Assembly (NCBI GenBank): GCA_951406725.2
Contig: OX597814.1
Coordinates: 19,716,001 to 19,780,000, forward strand
DNA: 64,000 bases
Direction of reading: 5' to 3'
DNA from: Octopus vulgaris
Taxonomy: Eukaryota
This document shows positions 54,571 through 64,000 of this stretch, piece after piece (positions within the stretch are counted from its first letter, which is position 1; each line of letters starts with the position of its first letter). Below the pieces are notes generated by a model. The model saw only the letters and a program-made list of their open reading frames with translations, was not told the DNA's origin and ran no database searches. The position numbers and the translations under genes are program-made.

Positions 54571-54616
54571 CACACGCCGATGATAGGCAATACACCTTGA
54601 AACCATGGTCCGTGTG
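54571..54616 (+). ncRNA. Type I hammerhead ribozyme, copy 1 (predicted cleavage after C54610)
   Basis: CACACG-CCGATGA-T-AGG-CAATACA-CCT-T-GAAA-CCATGG-T-C-CGTGTG. Stem I extends via GAAGCGGA/TCCGCTTC and AATTC/GAATT. Confidence 0.8.
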
Positions 54617-54929
54617 TGGTTTCCGCTTCATCGGGGAATTACCTCCCTTTGCAGGTTTAGGGCACCGTGACGGTGTCGAGCCTTTCTGGTGACGTCGATG
54701 TTCGCCTGGGGCTAAATGCAACAGTAACACCCCCACCACCCTGCCCTGTCCCTAGCCATATTCAGATGGCTTTAGTCCCTTATGTTATCGAGCAGTTACT
54801 GTCTATATCCCTTTTAGAGAATTATTATTGCTTTCGAACAGATTTTCGAAATCAGCAAATGTATTTTGCTTGAAAATCTATATAAGAAATCCTGCATAGT
54901 GAGAATTCGTCGAGGAAGCGGAGGCCTAC

Positions 54930-54975
54930 CACACGCCGATGATAGGCAATACACCTTGAAACCATGGTCCGTGTG
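54930..54975 (+). ncRNA. Type I hammerhead ribozyme, copy 2 (predicted cleavage after C54969)
   Basis: Identical to copy 1, 359 bp downstream. Confidence 0.8.
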
Positions 54976-55443
54976 TGGTTTCCGCTTCATCGGGGAATTA
55001 CCTCCATTTGCAGGTTTAGGGCACCGTGACGGTGTCGAGCCTTTCTGGTGACGTCGATGTTCGCCTGGGGCTAAATGCAACAGTAACACCCCCACCACCC
55101 TGCCCTGTCCCTAGCCATATTCAGATGGCTTTAGTCCCTTATGTTATCGAGCAGTTACTGTCTATATCCCTTTTAGAGAATTATTATTGCTATATATATA
55201 TATATGTACATATATTTTATAAAATAAAAAAAATAAATGTTCCTTCTCGAGCCATGCCAGACTCATAAGGTCCGGTTTCCCGGTTTCAGTGGCGTACAAA
55301 TTCCCCACCTGGACGGGACGTGAGAATGAATTGTTTTGTTCAAGAACACAACGCATCGCCCGGTCCAGGAATCGAAACCACAACCTTACGATCATGAGTG
55401 CAACACCCTAACCACCAAGCCACGCGTCTCTACTATGTATGTG

Positions 55444-55536
<93 letters not shown>

Positions 55537-55717
55537 AATGAAGATATAAGCGCACGAGTGGCTGTGTGGTAAGAAGCTTGCTTACCAACTACATGGTTCC
55601 GGGTTCAGTCCCACTGCATGGTACCTTGGGCAAGTGTCTTCTAGTATAGTCTCGGGCCGACCAAAGCTTTGTGAGTGGATTTGGTATTGGTAGACGGAAA
55701 CTGAAAGAAACCTGTCG

Positions 55718-55762
<45 letters not shown>

Positions 55763-56018
55763 ATATATGTGTGTGTATATATATATGTGTGTGCGTGTGC
55801 GTGTGTATGTGTGTGTTTGTGTGTCTGTGTGTGCTCCTCCACCACCATCGCTTGACAACCGATGTTCGTGTGTTTACGTTTCCGTAACTTTGCGGTTCGA
55901 GACCAATAGAATAAGTACTAGGCTTACAAAGAATAAGACTTGGGGTCGACTTGTTCGACTAAAAGCGGTGCTCCAGCATGGCCACAGTCAAATAACTGTA
56001 ACACATAAAAGAATAAAA

Positions 56019-56059
<41 letters not shown>

Positions 56060-56173
56060 TGTGATCACTGTGACCGACCAGGCTATCAGATGTTGTTACA
56101 CATCGCTGGTCACAATGCGCTTCGCATTGTTTTAGCCTTCAAATGACGCCACCCCGCTGGCTAAGCGAGCAGG

Positions 56174-56214
<41 letters not shown>

Positions 56215-56399
56215 ACACACACACACGCACACGCACACACGCACACCAACACACACACCCAACACGTAAATTTATACACATATGTATATGTTTATATTTT
56301 CTTATATAACTATACATACATACGTGCATACATGTATATGTGTGTATGATCGAAGAGAAGTATTTCGTACACAATGTAGAAATTGAGTATTTTATTAGC

Positions 56400-57240
56400 G
56401 ACTGCAGCTTCTTGAACCATAATGTCTAATTTCACGTTTCCTATTGTTCATGAGACTGACGAAAATAGCAGTCGGACAATATGTAAGAGAATATGTTTGA
56501 AAATAATTTTGAGATATGAATGGCTAACAGGACATTGACATTTGATTAGTTACCAAAAAGCCTTTGTAAAATGCATCACATTGTCCACATTTAAAACTCG
56601 TGATATTCTCCTTTATTTAGTACCACGTGCGAAAGTGCGATGTTTGCACACTTTTAATATCAAGTGTTCAGGGAAAGTACTTTTGTTAGTGAAGTGTTAA
56701 TGCTGAAAAATATGTAATTCTTTTTTAAATATTGACCAACTTTCACTGTACGAAAAATCAGTTTTGTAACAAATAACCTAACTGGAAATTTCTCAGTAAA
56801 TATCTGCAAGATTGAAATGTCTAAAGAACTAATTTGTTTAACTTATCAACAGTAACTTTTCTAACGCTCAAAACCACTCTATGCATGTTAAGCAAAGATA
56901 AACTTTGTATCATACGATAGCATTCTCATACAACATGCACGACAGACAATTGACAAATATAGAAACGACCTAACAGGAAAATTCGGGTGATTTGATTTAA
57001 GTTTCACCATTAGCAACAACCTGTCTGTCTAGACATTGCGCTAGATTTGATTACAGGCAAACATAACTCTTAAAGAAAGGTAAATAGGAAGCTATATGCA
57101 TACTCTCCAACTATGATCAAGAATTTTATAGAGGACATAAATCAAAAAGTTTCCTTCTTATTCTCGGAGATATTTCCAATAAAGCCACTCCGATTGGAGT
57201 AATTATATCCATTAGATCCGTGATTATACCATCATTTTTT
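56400..57240 (+). mobile_element. Highly degenerate Penelope-like RT remnant
   Basis: DKYRNDLTGKFG*FDLSFTISNNLSV..LDIALDLITGKHNS*RK aligns by eye with [46 protein letters not shown]. Boundaries are approximate. Confidence 0.55.
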
Positions 57241-57824
57241 CCCCAACTGCATTGTATCTAGGTCTACGTTATTTAATGTAACATTCCATTACTAGAACGG
57301 GAGGATGTGATTCGAAGGATAATTGGCAACTATTTTAAGTACATCAGACGACCATGAGGGCTTTAATAATTAGTATGCCATGAACTAGTATCAATTCTGT
57401 CGACTTTTAGCCCCTTTTCCTGGTTAGAAATTACTGTATATTGAGCCGGGATGAGAAATCGATATTTGTAGATATATCGCAAAAACATAACTGGTGGTTG
57501 ATGAGGATGATGGATATGACGATGTGGCGGGAACTGAAAAGAAGGTGAAGGGAGGAGGAGGAGGTGGAGGAGGAGGAGGAGGAGGAGGAGAAGGAGGAGG
57601 AGGTGAAGGAGGAGGAGGTGGAGGTGGAGGAGAAAGAAGGCGGAAAAGGAGAATAGTGATGAGCAGAACGAATGTGAGAGAGAAGAGGTGAGATGATGAC
57701 AAGGAGGCGATGGAGGGCGATGACGGGGATGATGATGATGACGACGATGAAGCCGATGACGACGACAGTGGCGAAGACGATGACGATGACGATGACGACG
57801 ACGAAGATCATGATCATGATCTAT

Positions 57825-57862
<38 letters not shown>

Positions 57863-58088
57863 GTCAGTGGCGACGATGACGCCAATAACTACGGCAACGA
57901 GGGCAACGTCAATGACGACGACAACGATGACAACGAATAGCATATAAAATAAACATATAAAAGAAAACCAGTCATCCCTCAACAACAACAAAAATAAATA
58001 AATAAATAAAATAAAAAATATATATAAATTCGAGAAAAAAAAGAAATGGTAAATAAATCATGAAATATAGAAGAAGAAAAAAAACCCC

Positions 58089-58868
58089 ACACGCACACAT
58101 ATACACACATATCCACACAAACGTATACACACGCACACATATACACACATATCCACACAAACGTATACACACGCACGCATATACACACATATCCACACAA
58201 ACGTATACACACGCACACATATACACACATATCCACACAAACGTATACACACGCACACACATATACACACATATCCACACAAACGTATACACACGCAGAC
58301 ATATACACACATATCCACACAAACGTATACACACGCACACATATACACACATATCCACACAAACGTATACACACGCACACACATATACACACATATCCAC
58401 ACAAACGTATACACACGCACACATATACACACATATCCACACAAACGTATACACACGCACACATATACACACATATCCACACAAACGTATACACACGCAC
58501 ACATATACACACATATCCACACAAACGTATACACACGCACACACATATACACACATATCCACACAAACGTATACACACGCACACATATACACACATATCC
58601 ACACAAACGTATACACACGCACACATATACACACATATCCACACAAACGTATACACACGCACACATATACACACATATCCACACAAACGTATACACACGC
58701 ACACACATATACACACATATCCACACAAACGTATACACACGCACACATATACACACATATCCACACAAACGTATACACACGCACACACATATACACACAT
58801 ATCCACACAAACGTATACACACGCACACATATACACACATATCCACACAAACGTATACACACGCACAA
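58089..58868. repeat. 40/42-bp minisatellite, about 19 copies
   Basis: Unit acacgcacac(ac)atatacacacatatccacacaaacgtatac, highly homogeneous. Confidence 0.95.
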
Positions 58869-61800
58869 ACACACACACATCTAAATAAACATATACACGC
58901 ACGCAAACGCTGAAGACTTATAATAAACAAGAATTGTAGCTGGAACGTCGTTGAGTGGCAGCTCTGTTTGCAGGTGAGACACGCAGATAAAGTGTGCATA
59001 TCGTCTCTATGTACCAAAACAGCATTTCTCTCCTCTTCCATATATGCACATAATAAGAAGCAGATGTGTTGTAGATTTTATGCAAAAGTAATTCTAGTGT
59101 AAATCGGAGATGATCTTGTTTCTTCTTTTTTATTTGTGTGTGTGTATGTTGTGTAATATTTGTTTTTTATATTTTTTAAAACTTATTTGTTTGTGTATTG
59201 GTTTCGTGTGTTTGTTTGTTTGTTTGCTTATGTTTGTTTGTTTTTTTTTTTGTTGTTGTTTGTTTGGTTCGTTTTTGTGGAAGGTCTTTTTTTTTGTCTT
59301 TTTTATGCTTTTCTTTTGGAGTTTGTATTATTGTATCTATTCGTTTTCAGTGCATGCAATAGCGACTATTCTATACTTAAGGCTTGCACATTGTCGACAA
59401 ACAAACGGTGTGTGTGCAGTGTATGTTCCTTTATGCGTGCATGTGTCTATGTGTATGTGTGTGTTTTCTTTTTGTATGTGTGTGTGTGTGTTGTGCGTTG
59501 TGTGTCTGTCTGAGATAGGGATTGCTTCGATGTATGTATAAGAGGTGCGTGAATGTGTGTATAATGTGCATAAAGTGTTTATATAGATATTCGCGTAGAA
59601 GTAAACACAAACGCTGGAGAATACATACATTCACGCAAATACACAGACACACATTCACACAAATGCGCATAACACACACACACACACACATTTATATATA
59701 TATATACAGAGAGAAAGAGAGAGACATGTGTGTTTGTGTATATAGGGGGTGTACACGCATATTCAATTGATTTCATTTCAGTTTATTTTATAGAAGCAAA
59801 TATATGAGGACAGATTCCTATATACACAAAAGAGCACATACCAGAACATACACATATAACTATGAGCTGGAAACAACGAGAACGCCTCTAAGTGTTCGAT
59901 CGACCTTGTAGAAATAGCAACCAAATCACCCTTGAACTGTCTTTATAAGTCATATTAATCACCCCTGAATTGACTATATAAGTCATGTTTAAAAAAAAAG
60001 CGACATTGAATAATGTTGTCTTATATACACATGTATAGAAATACAAATTTCTCACGACTGCGGCTGCTGGTTTTTAAGGTATGCCTGATCAGAGAGCCTA
60101 GGCTAAGCTACTTTGATTATAAATATGTATTTTTTAACATATCCTACAGATTGGGATAAGCAACGGCAACATCAATAACTCTCCAAGACTAAACAACGAC
60201 GAGGATGACGACGACGATGGAGAGGATGGTGATGACGATGACGATGATGACGATGATGATGATCATGATCATGATCATCATCATCATCATCATGATATAT
60301 TCTGTTATTGATTATAATGTCGCAAGACGTTAAAGACAGCGCAAAAACCGAAATGCTCCCATCCAAAAACTAAAAATATCGGCGATTTACAGCATTTGAA
60401 CATGCCATATCCACAATAACAATAAGGAAACATTAATTGAATAGCAAGAAACAAGACGAGCAATAGAGAACAGCATATTAACAAAAGAAAGGAACCTCAA
60501 AATCGGAGTGGGACCCGCGTAACGTGATTCGAGACTCCCCAAACAAAACTCCCGGACTACTCTGACACCCTAAAGTCAACCTACAGCGGCATAGTTAGAA
60601 CGAGTTCATTTTGTCATGTCATTTTCTCCACCTTTCACAAAATTTAGTGGAGGGTAGATCCTCCCTCTTCATCCTTACTTTCTTCCACAAGCGGAACATA
60701 AAGAATTTAATGAGGGTTAAGCCTCATTAAGTGTGTTAAGGAAAATTCGGGTGATTTGATTTAAGTTTCACCATTAGCAACAACCTGTCTGTCTAGACAT
60801 TGCGCTAGATTTGATTACAGGCAAACATAACTCTTAAACTCTTGAGAGGAAAAGTGCCGTCCTCTAGCAACTTTCGTCGTCATAGCCACCAGGCAAAGAA
60901 AGACTACGCGATTTCCTTTGGAAAACACATGTCAAATGTCAGAATAGATTTACCTAATGATCTGAGCAGTTTGACATGTATCAAGATCATGACAGTAGCT
61001 TCGCAAACGTCTTCACACACTGGCTTCCTGAGTCTTAATTTGAAGAAGATAATCTTTGAAGGACCGTGAGCGTGATTCTAAACGGTTCCAGTTGGTTGTC
61101 ACCAACTTTGTTTACTGAACACATGCCCCTGTACATTGTAGCTCTGAAGATAGGTCTGTAACTAACGGCGCTTAAGTATTCCCCAGCTAGCAGAGGTCGA
61201 CTCTATTAAATGCTGTAAACTTGCCTAAATTGTTCAGAACCCCACTGAAGCCAGATCTAATTTGGACAAACTATATGATGTGTCACATGAAGTGGATGTT
61301 GTTGTGGATAGACTAGGAAGATATTACACAGGTTTGAGTGTCTCCACATAAACCACCAATAACATCACCAGCCATTTAACGTTCACTTTTGCTAAAAACT
61401 CTGGTTTTCACTTTCGCTAAAAACTTTGGTTTAGCATTTCTGAGTCTAAAATTACCTGTTATGGACCCGTGATTGTCTCCCATCACTATTTTTTGACCCC
61501 TGTGGATTTGTGTACGTCTCGAGGATTTAGTGGTTTGGCAAATCAATAAGAATCAGACTAAAAAGAAAATACTGGGCTTGATATGGTCGACCTGATCTTC
61601 CAAGATGCTATCCCAGCATGGCTGCAGTCCAATGACTAAAACTAGTTGAAGATAAAAGATAAAAGAACTCTTCATTTACTGTTACCCTCTCATTGTTAAT
61701 TCTTTCTTTGCAATAACCCATTCAGTGATGCTGGTACACCAATTAAAAAGAGGTTTTATTGTATCCAAAAAATGGCTACTTTATAGTTCTTAAATTTCGT

Positions 61801-62794
61801 GCAGTGGGTGGGGTTGTTTCTGAGAGAGTAGATTTTACTTTGCATTAGAATTCCATTTAAAATAACTTCCTGTGTCATACTAGAGACATTAGCCTGTTTT
61901 CTAGTGGAATAAAACAAGGCTTATATTAAACTCCTGTTGAACTGCAGCTAGGATAGTTTTAGCATTCAATATAGAACTCAGCATATATCCATATGTATGT
62001 TTCGATATCGATTTCTAGATGAAGTGATATAGATAAGACATATAGGACGAGATAAATGAAATTAACGCTATAACGTCGGTCGTGACAGAAGTACCGATCA
62101 GAAGGCTGCTAGTGTAACTCACTGAAATATCTCTTCACCGTTTAGGAAGCCTAGGCCAGCAAAAGATTTATATTCTGAACATAACCAGAACATATTTCTG
62201 ATGACGAGATAAAATCCGTTGACATTTCAATCAGTAAGTGAGCACCGTGCCTCTACAACCAGCTTCATTGCCGCTACGTTAGTTTATATATCAGGAATGT
62301 AAGAAAAAGAAAATATCTCTATGGATACAATATTTTCCGGAAAATTTCGTTTCAAAACCATTCCAGATTACTGATTTTTGCGAACCTGGGGTAGTCACAC
62401 TCTAAATTCAATAAATATTATTTAAGGATGTGTGGGTGCAGGTGTGGCTGTGTAGTAAGAAGTTTGCTTCTCAATTGCATGGTTCAGAGTTCAGTCCCAC
62501 TACGTGACACCTTGGTCAAGTGTCTTCTACAATAACCTCGGGCCGACCAAAGCGTTGTGGGTGGGTTTGGTAGACGGAAACTGAATGAAGCCCGTTGTAT
62601 ATATATATATATATAATAATAAATATTAGGGAATAAATCCAAATTTACAGGGAAAAATCAGATTTAGGATTGAATCCAATTTTATAGTAAAATATTATAT
62701 AATATTAATTAGAGACAAAACCACTATTTTGCAAATCAAACAAGGAAAGACTTAATCAATACATAAAAAAATTTAATATAAAGTAAATAAATCG

Positions 62795-62838
62795 CCACTA
62801 CAATTGTTTCCTGTCTTAAAATGACATTCATCAGGTGG
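62795..62838 (-). ncRNA. Type I hammerhead ribozyme (left arm)
   Basis: CCAC-CTGATGA-A-TGTC-ATTTTAA-GACA-G-GAAA-CAATTG-T-A-GTGG. Confidence 0.8.
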
Positions 62839-62862
62839 ATTTCATATCTTCTATTCAGAAAT

Positions 62863-62906
62863 CCACCTGATGAATGTCATTTGAAGACAGGAAACAATTG
62901 TAGTGG
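62863..62906 (+). ncRNA. Type I hammerhead ribozyme (right arm)
   Basis: CCAC-CTGATGA-A-TGTC-ATTTGAA-GACA-G-GAAA-CAATTG-T-A-GTGG. Confidence 0.8.
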
Positions 62907-62992
62907 CGATTTATTTACTTTATATTAAATTTTTTTATGTATTGATTAAGTCTTTCCTTGTTTGATTTGCAAAATAGTGGTTTTGTCTCTAA

Positions 62993-63063
<71 letters not shown>

Positions 63064-63332
63064 TGTATGTATGTATGTATGTATGTATGTATGTATATTT
63101 ATATGTGTTTGTGTGTGTTTTTGTTCCCCAACACCGCTTGACAAACAGTGGTGAAGTGTTTATGTCCAGTTAACTTAACGGTTTGGCAAAAGAGACCAGA
63201 ATAATAAGTACCAGGCTTAGAAAAAAAGAAGAAAAAAGGCTGTCGTTGATTCGATCAACTAAGAAAATTCTCCAAGGTGATACCCTAGCATGGCCGCAGT
63301 CTAATGACAAAAGCAAAAGTTAGAACGATTAA

Positions 63333-63393
<61 letters not shown>

Positions 63394-64000
63394 CAGGGGT
63401 TGGACAAAATAATGGAATCACCTTAAAATTTCAAACAAATTTATTCTAATATGGGGTATAACTACCTTTGGCAGTAATTACAGCTTGAATTCTACAAGTT
63501 ATGGACTCGTACAAAGTTTCAATTGTTTCCAAAGGAATTTTTGTACATTCTTCAGCTAAAACAGTCTCCAGTTCCTCTAGTGATAATGGTGGAGGTTATC
63601 AACTCCTTACTTGTTTTTCTAAAATGTACCATAAATGTTCAATAATATTGAGATCTGGGAACTGTGGTGGCCAGATAAGATATTCAACTTCACTAGAATG
63701 TTGCTCGTGCTATCTATTCAGTAACAACTTTAGATGTATGAATTGATGCGTTATCATCCTGAAAGATTGCGTTTCCCTCTGGAAACAGTTCTGCAACAAG
63801 AGGACGAATTTGATCCAGATAAAATGCTTAAATAGTCTTGACTATTAATTCTGCCATGAAGGAAAACCATTGGGCCAGCGGATTTTTAAGATATAACCCC
63901 ACCACCACCACCACCCCACCCCCGATCATCACAGATCCTCCTCCATGTTTAACAGCTGGAAGAAGGCAGTCTTGATTAAATGCTTCTTTTGGCGGTCTCT
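63394..64000 (-). mobile_element. Tc1-like (DD34E) transposon, 3' part, disabled
   Basis: TA-CAGGGGTTGGACAAAATAATGG terminus; FQDDNASIH...WPPQFPDLNIIEHLW...RIQAVITAKGSYTPY*. Confidence 0.9.

Larger units (their letters stand above)
54192..55190 (+). mobile_element. Retrozyme-like element: 359-bp HHR-containing unit x2.3 with inverted 5' segment, in (TA)n
   Basis: Direct repeats at 54369-55190 (period 359, one substitution seen). 54192-54368 is the reverse complement of 54612-54788. One HHR per unit. Confidence 0.85.
62626..63005. mobile_element. Fold-back double-HHR element inserted in the internal (TA)n of a family B SINE
   Basis: Near-perfect arms of about 147 bp (62697-62843 / 62858-63004), a 14-nt spacer, and a 70-bp tail homologous to 2643-2712. 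Confidence 0.9.

Noticed and set aside
54605-54640. Antisense HHR-like string CCGATGA-AGCG-GAAA-CC in the 359-bp unit (possible ambisense ribozyme)
   Set aside because: No stem II can form and the U-H cleavage site is absent. The sequence is explained as the 3' strand of the extended stem I.
57424-57947. Acidic, His- or Pro-rich ORFs
   Set aside because: Compound trinucleotide repeats with no splice or domain support.
57972-59041. 300-aa Cys-rich repetitive ORFs; CRISPR-like periodicity
   Set aside because: A minisatellite with no unique spacers, open in several frames on both strands.

Overview
Repeat-saturated eukaryotic DNA. The AT-richness, microsatellite load and SINE types suggest an octopus/coleoid cephalopod genome (inference). 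No intact host protein-coding gene is recognisable, and almost all ORF-track entries are microsatellite artefacts. The window holds CR1-like and R4/Dong-like LINE fragments, several mariner/Tc1 copies (one full-length with TIRs and TA TSD), non-autonomous Helitrons, three SINE families and Penelope-like (Naiad-type) RT/GIY-YIG elements. The main hidden signal is a set of type I hammerhead-ribozyme (HHR) motifs, about ten intact or degenerate copies, nearly all with palindromic stem III. They sit in the Penelope 3' end, in small fold-back elements inserted into (TA)n tracts, and in a young 359-bp HHR-containing tandem repeat (54192-55190) whose inverted 5' segment ends within 1 nt of the predicted self-cleavage site. 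This looks like a retrozyme-like, possibly circRNA-producing, non-autonomous system mobilised by Penelope elements. All calls were made by eye without database searches.
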